Assembly (NCBI GenBank): GCA_963633165.1
Contig: CAVGXP010000029.1
Span: forward strand, 1 to 57,653
DNA: 57,653 nucleotides
Direction: 5' to 3'
Origin: a bacterium
GTDB lineage: Bacteria; Bacillota_I; Bacilli_A; RFN20; CAG-826
Part shown: one piece after another, positions 38,397-47,545 of the stretch
Layout of the letters: each line of letters opens with the position of its first letter
How positions within the stretch are numbered: position 1 is the first letter of the stretch
Program-made: the position numbers and the translations under genes
The notes under the pieces: generated by a model
Told to the model about the DNA's origin: nothing
The model's database searches: none
The model's input: the letters and a program-made list of their open reading frames with translations, nothing else

Positions 38397-40700
38397 CTAC
38401 TCGTCGCCATTTTCAGCGATTTTTTCGAAGCGATAAAGCCTGGCCCCGAAATCGAGGACGATGGCGATGTCATCGCCAATGCCGGTGCCATTCCATTCTT
38501 GCGGAAGAGGAAGGGCTCCTTCAAGCAAGCCTTTCCCAGAAATGTTCCCGCTCCACTTTTCGTTGTCCAATCCTTTTCTAGAAGCAATAAGATTAATAAT
38601 GGTCCCCTCTTCTTTGATATGGACTGGGGAAACGGCGTTCACCAGCGCGCCCATTTTACGCAGGTCGATGCTTTCCTTTCTTACCGAGTAGGCATAGGAG
38701 GCTGATGGGTCGGCGTAGAGTTTGGGTAAACGACGAAAACCGGGATTAGGGATTTGAAGGCTTCTGACATAATTGACGAGAATCCTATTTTCATCTCTCA
38801 TTTCTTGGAACAGCCCGTTGTCGAGCGAAAAATCCTCCAGCAGGGAATAGACGCCAAATTGGGCGGTATTGCGCACTTCTTTGTAATAGGAGACTTCGGA
38901 GATGATTTCCTTTTCCTCCAAAGGAGAGAGGTCAAGCACGTTCAATTCATAGCCAAGCACCCCGAAGCAAGCAACATTGAATTTGGTTCCAAAGCTCGTT
39001 TTCCTCAAGGTTTGATGGGATGTTTTCGCGGCGACGTGGTTGGACAGCAAACTGGGCGGATAACCTTTTATCATGCCTTTTTGGATAAAGCACCTCGAGA
39101 AGGAGTCGGTATTGTCGGAGACCCATCCTGTGTCGAAATAGGAGAACATACCAAGATCGTTTCTAGAGCCGCCTGATGCGCAGTTTTCCATCCATAAGGT
39201 CGGGAAGCGCCCACGGAGTTTAGCCAAAAGCGAATACAGAGAAAGAATGTAGGCATGGGCAAAATTGCCTTCCGGGGGCATGACGTCGGAGAAAACGCGG
39301 TTGTAATCCCATTTAATGAAATCAACCGCGCCTTCTTCGATCGTCTTGACAAGGTTTTCGTAAAGGTAATCGCACACTTCCTTTTTCGTTAAATCCAAAA
39401 GAAGCTGATTCCTGCCTAACGAGGGCTCGATTCCCGGGCTCGCGATGGCCCAATCAGGGTGAGAGGAATAAAGCTCGCTATCGATCGAAACGCTCTCAGG
39501 CTCAAACCAAAGCCCGAAAAGCATGCCTTCTTTATGAGCGTAAGAAGAAAGTGCGCGGATGCCATGGGGCAGCTTTTTGGAATTGATCGAATAATCGCCT
39601 AAGGATGAGCGATCATCGTCGCGATGCCCAAACCAACCGTCATCCAGCACGAAGGCTTCGATGCCTAAAGATTTCGCTTTCTTGATAAGGGAATGGAGTT
39701 TCGATTCGTTGAAGGAGAAATACGTCGCTTCCCAGTTGTTCAAGAGGATGGGGCGCGGTTTATGGCGATTCGATTTTGGGAGAACGCAATCGTTGACGAA
39801 ATCGTGAAAAGATTTTGTCATTTCATTTTCGTTTCTTCCATAACTCAGCACGGCAATCGGAGAGGAGAAGGATTCCCCTTCTTTGACTTCCCAAGCGAAG
39901 AAAGAAGAATCGATTCCCGTAAGAATATGCGTAAAGCCCACGGAAGTTTGTTCAACGATTTCTTCGTGGTTTCCTGAATAAATGAGGTTGAAGCCATAGC
40001 ATTCCCCATCTTCTCCTTTCAGATAGAAAAAGGGGTTATGGAGGTCGCTTGAGGAGCCGGTGGCGGAATGGCGTTCAAGCCTGGAGGAAGAGACGGGAAT
40101 AGCCTCTTCGTGGAATTCGTCAATCCAACCTCCGCGGTAGCTAATGCAGGAAAGATTCGTTTTTTCCAAATCCAAGCAAACGGAGGCAAGTCGCTTGATT
40201 TTGAGAGTGTTTCCACCCTTGTTGATGAGTTTGCTGTAACGGGCGATGACATTCTGTTTGGCGAAAAGAAGGTAATGGAGCTCAAGAATCAAAGAATTTT
40301 GCTTATCTTCAAGCACCAAGACCAATTCTTGTTCGACGTTATCGGGCATTGGATAGCCTTCATGGGGGTCGGGAGCCCCGATTCTCTCTTCTTTGAAGCA
40401 GAAATCCAAAGGCTTCAGCCCTTCTCCTTCCAAAGCAAGGGAAGGGGTCGCGAAATAGCCTTTCCCGTTGCTTGAACATTCCAAAGGTAGGCAAGAAAGG
40501 GAAATGCCAGGATGATCTTTGTCGTAAACGATGCTTCTTCCCGGAGCCAAAGATGGGGAACGGTGGCAAAAAGGAACATCAAGAGGATCGATTTTACCGC
40601 CATAGAAATCCAGCACGGGCTTTCCTATTTCGTTTATGGAGATGCAATAGGAGGAATGCTCCGCTTGCAAAAGGAAGGTATTTTTATTTTTGCTGATCAT
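38397..40700 (-). CDS. Alpha-galactosidase (GH36)
   Basis: DDGWFGHRDDDRSSLGDY, KWDYNR and CASGGSR motifs. Start set at ATG 40700 (MISKNKN), giving about 767 aa, the usual GH36 size. The track start would overlap the divergent gene. Confidence 0.9.
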   Translation of the reverse strand: MISKNKNTFLLQAEHSSYCISINEIGKPVLDFYGGKIDPLDVPFCHRSPSLAPGRSIVYDKDHPGISLSCLPLECSSNGKGYFATPSLALEGEGLKPLDFCFKEERIGAPDPHEGYPMPDNVEQELVLVLEDKQNSLILELHYLLFAKQNVIARYSKLINKGGNTLKIKRLASVCLDLEKTNLSCISYRGGWIDEFHEEAIPVSSSRLERHSATGSSSDLHNPFFYLKGEDGECYGFNLIYSGNHEEIVEQTSVGFTHILTGIDSSFFAWEVKEGESFSSPIAVLSYGRNENEMTKSFHDFVNDCVLPKSNRHKPRPILLNNWEATYFSFNESKLHSLIKKAKSLGIEAFVLDDGWFGHRDDDRSSLGDYSINSKKLPHGIRALSSYAHKEGMLFGLWFEPESVSIDSELYSSHPDWAIASPGIEPSLGRNQLLLDLTKKEVCDYLYENLVKTIEEGAVDFIKWDYNRVFSDVMPPEGNFAHAYILSLYSLLAKLRGRFPTLWMENCASGGSRNDLGMFSYFDTGWVSDNTDSFSRCFIQKGMIKGYPPSLLSNHVAAKTSHQTLRKTSFGTKFNVACFGVLGYELNVLDLSPLEEKEIISEVSYYKEVRNTAQFGVYSLLEDFSLDNGLFQEMRDENRILVNYVRSLQIPNPGFRRLPKLYADPSASYAYSVRKESIDLRKMGALVNAVSPVHIKEEGTIINLIASRKGLDNEKWSGNISGKGLLEGALPLPQEWNGTGIGDDIAIVLDFGARLYRFEKIAENGDE

Positions 40701-40706
40701 GAGGCT

Positions 40707-40715
40707 AGTGTAGCA
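40707..40715 (-). promoter_or_regulatory. Candidate extended -10 element 6 nt from the alpha-galactosidase ATG (possible leaderless mRNA)
   Basis: Minus strand TGCTACACT-AGCCTC-ATG; no Shine-Dalgarno is present. Confidence 0.3.
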
Positions 40716-40849
40716 TTTTTCTTTTCTTCCGAATGAAACGATTGTATTAGACGGGGAAGAAATAACGGATTTTGTTGAACTAGAGGAAGAATCGAGGCAA
40801 AGGGACGCCCACAACCCCTTTCTTTCTATGAAAGAAAACGAAATCATTC

Positions 40850-40855
40850 TAGAAT
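40850..40855 (+). promoter_or_regulatory. Candidate -10 element 6 nt from the GH2 ATG (possible leaderless mRNA)
   Basis: TAGAAT-AAGCCC-ATG; no Shine-Dalgarno is present, and the -35 is poor. Confidence 0.25.
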
Positions 40856-40861
40856 AAGCCC

Positions 40862-43180
40862 ATGGCAAAGAAACAATTCATTAACTTCGGATGGACTTTC
40901 GTGGAGGGCTTCGAGGAAAGTTACCTCGATAAGATGCCCGAAGGTGCACTCCCAATCGACATCCCCCACACGGTCAAGATGCTCCCATATCACTATTTCG
41001 ACGAATCGGAGTATCAAGGCTTATATACCTACGAGAAAATCTTCGATGACGAGAACCCTTCTCTACCCGTGAAATTCCTCCATTTTGATGGGGTCATGCT
41101 CCAGATGCAGGTCTATTTAAACGGGATGAACCTCGGGCATTTCGTTTCGGGGTACCTCCCGGTGGATATCGAGGTCGGGAAGCTTTTGAAAGAAAAAGAC
41201 AACCGCCTTGTCGTCGTCGTCGATACGCGAGAAGACAAAACCACCCCCCCCTTCGGCAACATCGTCGATTACCTGACTTTTGGGGGGATCTATAGGAAGG
41301 TCAGCATCGTCGCTCACCCTTCTTCCTACATCGCCGATCTTTCCATCAAAGCGGACATGGACGGCCATTTGGAAGTGAAGACCGACCTCGTCAACCCCAA
41401 TCCCGAACTCAAAGTTTCCCATATCCTCTACCGCGATGGCAAAGTCGCCGCGGAATTCCTTGGTGAGGTCCTCGATTTGTCCTCACCCCACCTTTGGAGT
41501 TTGGACGACCCTTACCTCTATACCCTGAAGACAATCTATGGCGAGGACGAAAGGGAAGACAAAGTCGGCTTCAGAAGCGTTTCTTTCACCCCCGAAGGCT
41601 TCTACCTCAACCGGGTCAAGACGAAAATCCTCGGGGTCAACCGCCATCAGACTTACCCCTATTTCGGAGCAGCGGCGCCGGAGGCATTGCAAAAAGACGA
41701 TGCGCGGATCATAAAATACGGGCTTGGGGCGAACTTGGTGAGGACGTCCCACTACCCCGACGACGAGTCCTTCCTTGACGAATGCGATAGACTCGGTTTG
41801 CTGCTAATCGATGAGATTCCTGGTTGGCAGCATATCTCCAAGGAAAAGAAATGGCGCGCCCAGCTGCGCGATTTCACCACGCGCATGATCCGCAAAGAGA
41901 GGAACCACCCCTGCTTGGTCGCCTATGGCCTAAGGATAGACGAAAGCAAAGACGACCATGAGCTTTACGCCTCCTTAGAACAAATCAAAAGAACCTTAGA
42001 CCCCTCTAGGCAATCCTTGGGCGTGCGCTGCTTCAAAGGCTCCGAATTGCTCGAAGACGTCTACGCCTACAACGATTTCGTTTGCTGCGATTTAAGCAAA
42101 GGCCTAGACGACCCGAGGACCTACGTCAAAGGCAAGCATCCGCTGCTGGTCAGCGAGAACAACGGCCATATGTTCCCCACCAAATCCACGGACACTCAGG
42201 CGAAGCGCTTAGAGCACGCCCTCCGCCACGCTAGAGTCATCGACGATTCCTTCGGTTATCCTAATCTCTGCGGCACGGTCGCTTGGTGCGCTTTCGATTA
42301 CAATACGCATAAGGACTTCGGATCCGGGGACAGGATTTGCTACCATGGCCTCTCCGATATCTTCCGCCTTCCTAAATACGCCTCCTACCTTTACGCCTCC
42401 CAGACATTAGAGAACACCTTCTTCGTCGCAAGCAATCTCGATTTAGGGGACGAAAACGGCATGTTCTTAATTCCCCCTGTCGTTTTCACCGACGCCGATT
42501 ACGTCGAGGTTTACCATGGCGAGAATTTTGTCGGAAGGTATTTCCCCGATCGCCAAACCTACCCCCATATGCCCCACCCGCCCATCGAAATCGACGATTT
42601 GCTTGGGGCTTCGATCCTAAGCCTTGGCTTTACGGAGAAGGAAGCCGCCGCGCTAAGAGGGCCGGTGATGAAATACGCCTCAAAAGGCGCTTCATCCCTC
42701 TCCGTTAAGGAATCTTTGACCCTTTACCATCTCATCAAAAAGCATTTCAAGAGCTTCGACGATGGAGCGGAGGCGATTCAAAACCTCTTGCTTGGAAGGG
42801 GCGAGCACATGCGCCCGTTCCTTCTCAAGGCCTATAAAGGGAAGGAGTGCTTCGCAAGCAAGACCATCAGCCCTTCCACTTCCTTCCATTACGAGATCTC
42901 CTCCTCGAAAACCTCCCTTCATAACGGAGAAAGCTACGACGCTTTGAGAATCTCCATCAGGAAGCTTGACCAAAACAACACCTTGATGGCCTACGCTAAC
43001 GATTGCATGCTCATCCAAACTAGCGGCCCCATCTCCCTTATGGGCCCTAGCCAAGTCTGCTTGGTCGGCGGAGGCATCTCACTTTACGTTGCATCCAAAA
43101 AGGTCAACTCCAAACAAAAAGCCGCCGTCGACATTTACGTCGAAGGGCAGCATCTGAAGTTTGATATCGACGTTGATTGA
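40862..43180 (+). CDS. Glycoside hydrolase family 2 (beta-galactosidase-like)
   Basis: 772 aa with a GH2 sugar-binding N-terminus and the TIM-barrel motif NLVRTSHYP. It is divergent from the alpha-galactosidase gene. Confidence 0.85.
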   Translation: MAKKQFINFGWTFVEGFEESYLDKMPEGALPIDIPHTVKMLPYHYFDESEYQGLYTYEKIFDDENPSLPVKFLHFDGVMLQMQVYLNGMNLGHFVSGYLPVDIEVGKLLKEKDNRLVVVVDTREDKTTPPFGNIVDYLTFGGIYRKVSIVAHPSSYIADLSIKADMDGHLEVKTDLVNPNPELKVSHILYRDGKVAAEFLGEVLDLSSPHLWSLDDPYLYTLKTIYGEDEREDKVGFRSVSFTPEGFYLNRVKTKILGVNRHQTYPYFGAAAPEALQKDDARIIKYGLGANLVRTSHYPDDESFLDECDRLGLLLIDEIPGWQHISKEKKWRAQLRDFTTRMIRKERNHPCLVAYGLRIDESKDDHELYASLEQIKRTLDPSRQSLGVRCFKGSELLEDVYAYNDFVCCDLSKGLDDPRTYVKGKHPLLVSENNGHMFPTKSTDTQAKRLEHALRHARVIDDSFGYPNLCGTVAWCAFDYNTHKDFGSGDRICYHGLSDIFRLPKYASYLYASQTLENTFFVASNLDLGDENGMFLIPPVVFTDADYVEVYHGENFVGRYFPDRQTYPHMPHPPIEIDDLLGASILSLGFTEKEAAALRGPVMKYASKGASSLSVKESLTLYHLIKKHFKSFDDGAEAIQNLLLGRGEHMRPFLLKAYKGKECFASKTISPSTSFHYEISSSKTSLHNGESYDALRISIRKLDQNNTLMAYANDCMLIQTSGPISLMGPSQVCLVGGGISLYVASKKVNSKQKAAVDIYVEGQHLKFDIDVD

Positions 43181-43186
43181 ATAAAT

Positions 43187-43229
43187 AACCACGGATAGAC
43201 CGATTTTGTATCTCTATCCGTGGTTTTTT
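43187..43229 (+). terminator. Intrinsic terminator after the GH2 gene
   Basis: AACCACGGATAGA-(13-nt loop)-TCTATCCGTGGTT followed by TTTT. Confidence 0.75.
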
Positions 43230-43246
43230 AAATGGATGAAACATAA

Positions 43247-43293
43247 TGAAAAAAGGCTGCAGGAAACCCTGTAAGAAGGTTCCTAGCAGCCTT
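43247..43293 (-). terminator. Intrinsic terminator after the GPH permease gene
   Basis: Minus-strand long stem (AAGGCTGC/GCAGCCTT plus AGGAA/TTCCT) followed by a run of 6 T, 5 nt after the stop. Confidence 0.65.
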
Positions 43294-43297
43294 TTGT

Positions 43298-44932
43298 TTA
43301 GGCCTCGATTGACGCGTGGGCTTCGTCTTCTTTGTGGCGAAGCTCAAGTTCTTTGACGATCTTCTCCTCCATCTCTTCGTCGATCTTAAAGCCAAAGCGA
43401 AGCAAGCAATAAGACGCGATCATGGTCGCAAGAATCGTCCCGATGATGATAACGCCGAACAAAGTCAGTTGATTGGGGGAGATTTTCGCCCCTTCGATGG
43501 CGATTTGGGCGTTCCTTTCCGCCTCGGTGATGGTGCCTGAATTGTAATCGCCTTCAGCGTTTGAGATGGCGTTGATGAAGACGGACGTCCCCGTCGCGGC
43601 GTAGACGATCCATTGCAATCCGCGGTTTAAGCCTGAGCCAAGCTTGACGTCAAGGGGACGCCAGGCGAAACAGATGGATTCCTTTCTCTGGCCGAATTTG
43701 TATTCGTTGTAATCGATGGCGTTCTGCATCATGACTAGCAATGCCAAATAGAAGATGCCCGACGCCCCAAAGAAGAAGAAACAAGAGACGTAATACATCC
43801 ACATGCTTCCGCCCAAAATCCAAAAGATGTTGCTTTCATCAGGCGTGTTGTAGGCTAAAGGCTTCTCGCCGAACAAAGGGAAGGCGATGAAGAAGAAGAC
43901 AATGTAGCCGATGGTGATGATGAGGGCCATGCTCGAAAGGAGGGTCTTCTGCTTCATTTTTTTGCGTAGCCAAGGGTAGCAAAGCTGGGAAAGCACGGTG
44001 GAGAGAATATAGATGGCTAGCACGGCCGTAGCCACCAAGCCGCCTTTGTTCCCGCCGTATCCAAAGACCATGTAGAAATAATTCTGCCCGATTCCAGTGA
44101 GGATGAATTCACCGAACTGGAATAGCAGCAAGGCGATGACGACGAACAGCAGCTGACGGTTTTTCCCGACGACTTTGAACAGATCAAGAATCGAGGAGGA
44201 TTCGGAGATTTGCTCCTGAACGCTGTCGCGCTGCTTTTCTTTGCAAAGGAAATAGACGAGCAATTGGGAAACAAGGAACACGAAGGCGATGATCGAGCCG
44301 ATGAGGGCGTAGATGGCGGCGGTCGAAAGCGGGACGAGACCGGGGAGAAGGAACATGCACAAGGTCATCACGGCGGTGCCGATGGAGGCGGCGACGGTGA
44401 CGTCGGTGGTGATTCTCGCCCTTTGCTTTGGGTCGTTGGTCAAAGAAGGAAGCATCGACCAATAGCCGATGTCGTTCATCGTGAAGCAAGCGTCCCAAAG
44501 GACATAGCAGACGATCATGAAGGCGACGTACCCCCAACCGCTTCCTCCGACCATGAACAAAGGGATGAGGAACATCAAGGCGACGGTCAAGGCGTTGCCG
44601 ATAGCCCCAATTGCAATCCACGGCCGATATTTGCCGCTTTTGAGCCTCACCTTCTCGATGATAAAGCCCATGATGGGGTCGTTGAGGCCATCCCAGACCA
44701 AAGCGATCATCATCGCGACCGTGATGATGCCGTATTGGGCGCGGAAGGTCGCCGGGTCGCTAGAAAGGACCCCGGCGGTGATCGCGTATTGCATCAAAAA
44801 AGTCCCGATCATCGTGTAGCAGGCGTCGCGGAAAATGCCTGACCACGGATAAATGATCCGGGTGAGTTTGGGGACGTTGTCCCCTTGGAAGGTCTTCTCT
44901 TGCAGAAGCCCCCCGCTTTTCTTTTCTTTCAT
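43298..44932 (-). CDS. Glycoside-pentoside-hexuronide (GPH) family sugar:cation symporter
   Basis: DGLNDPIMGFIIEKVRLKSGKYRPW GPH signature, 12 TM segments plus a hydrophilic tail. AAGGAG 5 nt upstream of the ATG. Confidence 0.85.
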   Translation of the reverse strand: MKEKKSGGLLQEKTFQGDNVPKLTRIIYPWSGIFRDACYTMIGTFLMQYAITAGVLSSDPATFRAQYGIITVAMMIALVWDGLNDPIMGFIIEKVRLKSGKYRPWIAIGAIGNALTVALMFLIPLFMVGGSGWGYVAFMIVCYVLWDACFTMNDIGYWSMLPSLTNDPKQRARITTDVTVAASIGTAVMTLCMFLLPGLVPLSTAAIYALIGSIIAFVFLVSQLLVYFLCKEKQRDSVQEQISESSSILDLFKVVGKNRQLLFVVIALLLFQFGEFILTGIGQNYFYMVFGYGGNKGGLVATAVLAIYILSTVLSQLCYPWLRKKMKQKTLLSSMALIITIGYIVFFFIAFPLFGEKPLAYNTPDESNIFWILGGSMWMYYVSCFFFFGASGIFYLALLVMMQNAIDYNEYKFGQRKESICFAWRPLDVKLGSGLNRGLQWIVYAATGTSVFINAISNAEGDYNSGTITEAERNAQIAIEGAKISPNQLTLFGVIIIGTILATMIASYCLLRFGFKIDEEMEEKIVKELELRHKEDEAHASIEA

Positions 44933-44958
44933 ACGAACTCCTTGATTAAGTTGCTTAA

Positions 44959-44986
44959 ATTATAGGTTTTAAGCGCTTACATTCAA
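44959..44986 (-). promoter_or_regulatory. Candidate promoter of the GPH permease gene
   Basis: Minus strand TTGAAT-16 nt-TATAAT, about 27 nt upstream of the ATG. Confidence 0.55.
44968..44981. promoter_or_regulatory. Candidate catabolite-responsive element (cre) inside the permease promoter spacer
   Basis: TGTAAGCGCTTAAA (minus strand) matches 13 of 14 positions of TGWAANCGNTNWCA. Confidence 0.5.
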
Positions 44987-45002
44987 GGCGCATCGAAACT
45001 TT

Positions 45003-46043
45003 TTACCACTTATTGAACACTTTTTCGGCAAAGCCGGGGACGTCGGAGAAAGAGAAAGGACCCGATTCTGTCAAATACGAACCGCTGAAGGTGCCGAAGA
45101 CTTGATGCTGGTTGGAGCGAAGCAGCAAGGCGTTGGTATCGCTGTGGCGGTCATAGAGGGGGTGAAAACGGAGCTCGAAGCTATCTTCGGGGAAGCGAAA
45201 CAGCCAGTCCTTCATGAAGTCGTCGCTGCCGGATTTAGACAAAGGGATGTCGAAGATGACCCTGCCTAGCTTATGGGCTATTCCATCGATATAGATGACG
45301 TTTTCGGTGGCGTTAGAAGTATCGCCGAACCCATATCCAAGGTTCCATCCCAAGCGATGGCCATCGAATTCGGCGGAGACGGAACTCCAATACCAGGTGT
45401 TTTTATACGTCCAAACGCCCCTCCCCCAATCAAGGACGCCATAGGAGGATTTGTTGAAATCAAGGGTTCGCTCGCCGAGTTTGGCATAGCCATGGGCAAG
45501 GAGGCAATTGATCTTCTGATTGTAATAGAAATGGCCCTTCTTATTAAAAGGCGTGGCGATGACCAAGGAATCTTTGCAGGTTTCCTCCAAGGTTATGTCG
45601 CAATGGAAGGGAGTCTGCAGCTTATCGACGGATTTAATAAAGGCGACGAGCCTTCTTTTGCCGTTGCCTTGGTTTAGGAAAGAAAAAGAATAGCCTTTCT
45701 TTTCGTCCTTGACGATGACGTCTCCCTCTTTCGAGGATTCGGGGAGTTTGATCTTGTCGCCAGGAAAAGGGAGCATGATCGATTTGGTGAGGTCGAACTT
45801 GCTTTTGAAATCAAGGACGGAAAGGGAAATCAGACCCATATAGGAGTTGTTGGCAAGGGTCAGCGCGACGCCGTAATCGCTGTTTCCGACGTAATAATAA
45901 TCCCATTCCTTGAGGCGGTAGAGGAAGCTTTTCGCGCTTTTTCTCGAATATTCCTTCACTAAAGAGAAGGCATATCCGGCCTCTAGCAGGTCGCCTTTTT
46001 TGCTTAGCAAAGGGCCGGGGGTTAGGAGCTTTTGGTTATCCAT
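45003..46043 (-). CDS. DUF2804-like protein of unknown function
   Basis: 346 aa with KEWDYYYV, LDWGRGVW, TWYWSS and GFAEKVFNKW blocks that I associate with DUF2804. GAGGA Shine-Dalgarno; 28 nt after the hydrogenase stop. Confidence 0.5.
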   Translation of the reverse strand: MDNQKLLTPGPLLSKKGDLLEAGYAFSLVKEYSRKSAKSFLYRLKEWDYYYVGNSDYGVALTLANNSYMGLISLSVLDFKSKFDLTKSIMLPFPGDKIKLPESSKEGDVIVKDEKKGYSFSFLNQGNGKRRLVAFIKSVDKLQTPFHCDITLEETCKDSLVIATPFNKKGHFYYNQKINCLLAHGYAKLGERTLDFNKSSYGVLDWGRGVWTYKNTWYWSSVSAEFDGHRLGWNLGYGFGDTSNATENVIYIDGIAHKLGRVIFDIPLSKSGSDDFMKDWLFRFPEDSFELRFHPLYDRHSDTNALLLRSNQHQVFGTFSGSYLTESGPFSFSDVPGFAEKVFNKW

Positions 46044-46071
46044 ATGTCCTCATTATAGCCCAAAATCAAAT

Positions 46072-47532
46072 TTATTCGCCTTTGGATGCGATTGAAGGGT
46101 CGGCCATGACGGTCGTAACGGCTTCCACGATACTCGTTTCCTTGGATTCGCGGCCGTATTTATCGACGTCGGCGGCGTCGCGGACTTCGTGGGTCAAGCA
46201 GCTAGGGCCGCCGATGCATCCGCCGGGGCAAGCCATGCCTTCGATGAAATTGCCTTCAAGGCGCCCCGCTTTGTATTTGGTGAGGGCCATTTTGCATTGA
46301 TCGAGGCCAGAGCATTTCACGGGCTTGACCTCAAAGTCGATGTTTTGCTCTTTCAAGGCCTCGTTGACGGCATCGGAAAGCCCGCCGCTTCTAGCGAAGA
46401 TCCTGCCGAAATAGGAGGCGTTGTCCAAAGGCTGGCCTTCAAGTTTGGAAAGATCGATGCCTCTAGAGTCGATGAGGGCTTGGAGCTCTTCGAAGGTGAT
46501 GACGCAGTCGACGTAAGGGGAAACTTCTTCCCTCTTGGCTTCCATCTTTTTGGCGATGCAAGGTCCGACGAAGACCGTTTTGCAGGTCGGGTCGATGGAT
46601 TTGAGGTATTTGCAGATCGCGCCCATCGGGGAGAGGTTGGTGGAGATTTTCTCCTTAAGCTCAGGGAAGGCGATTTCGATGTAGCGGAGGAAGGCCGGGC
46701 AGCAAGAGGAAGTGCAATCGCCCTTCTCAGCTAGCTCTTTGGCTTCGTTTAAAGCGACCATGTCCGCGCCTAGGGCGGCTTCGATGACGTCGGTGAAGCC
46801 AAGCTGCTTGATGCCGGAAACGACTTGAGGCAAGGTGGCGTAATGGAATTGGCTGGAGATTGAAGGGGCGACGACCATATAGGCCTTGTAGTTCTTTCCA
46901 CCCTCGGATCCCTTCAGGATGTCGATCAAAGGAAGAATGGCGCCTTTGTCCATGATGGCGCCGAAAGGGCAAGCGTAGGAGCATTGGCCGCAGCGGGTGC
47001 ACTTCTCCTCGATGATGTTGGTGATGCCGTCCTCGCCGCTTTTGATGGCGCCGACTTTGCAAGCGGATTCGCAGGGCCTCTTGCGGTTTAAGATAGCCCC
47101 AAAGGAGCAGGCTTTGGCGCACATCCCGCAGTTGACGCATTTATTTTTGTCGATGTGGGCGCGGTGATCCTCGCTGAAGCTTATCGCGTTGAGGCGGCAA
47201 GCCTGGGCGCAGCGATGGGCCAAGCAGCCCCTGCATAGATCGGTGACTTCCATCCCGCCGAAGGGGCATTGGTCGCAGGCTTCGGGGATGACCTCCAAGA
47301 TATTGGGGTTGTTCTTATCGCCCCCCATGGCGAGTTTGATTCGCGAAGAAGCGATGGCCCTTTCTTTATAAACGCAGCAGCGCATCGTCGCTTTCGGGCC
47401 CGGGGAGATGATGTAGGGAATCTGGTCTTTCTTTTCCATAAGATCCCCATCCCAATAAGCCGTCGCGACTTCTTTCAAGACGCGGTATTTGAGCTGTTGG
47501 ACAAGGGTGTCGAATTTTAAGGGCGTTGCCAT
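46072..47532 (-). CDS. [FeFe]-hydrogenase, monomeric multi-[4Fe-4S] type (HfsD-like position)
   Basis: At least three Cys-rich ferredoxin-type motifs (CRGCLAHRCAQAC, CVNCGMCAKAC, CTRCGQCSYAC). H-cluster motifs TSSCCPAF, VGPCIAKK and EGMACPGGCIGGP. AAGGAG Shine-Dalgarno. Confidence 0.85.
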   Translation of the reverse strand: MATPLKFDTLVQQLKYRVLKEVATAYWDGDLMEKKDQIPYIISPGPKATMRCCVYKERAIASSRIKLAMGGDKNNPNILEVIPEACDQCPFGGMEVTDLCRGCLAHRCAQACRLNAISFSEDHRAHIDKNKCVNCGMCAKACSFGAILNRKRPCESACKVGAIKSGEDGITNIIEEKCTRCGQCSYACPFGAIMDKGAILPLIDILKGSEGGKNYKAYMVVAPSISSQFHYATLPQVVSGIKQLGFTDVIEAALGADMVALNEAKELAEKGDCTSSCCPAFLRYIEIAFPELKEKISTNLSPMGAICKYLKSIDPTCKTVFVGPCIAKKMEAKREEVSPYVDCVITFEELQALIDSRGIDLSKLEGQPLDNASYFGRIFARSGGLSDAVNEALKEQNIDFEVKPVKCSGLDQCKMALTKYKAGRLEGNFIEGMACPGGCIGGPSCLTHEVRDAADVDKYGRESKETSIVEAVTTVMADPSIASKGE

Positions 47533-47545
47533 GGTGATATTCTCC

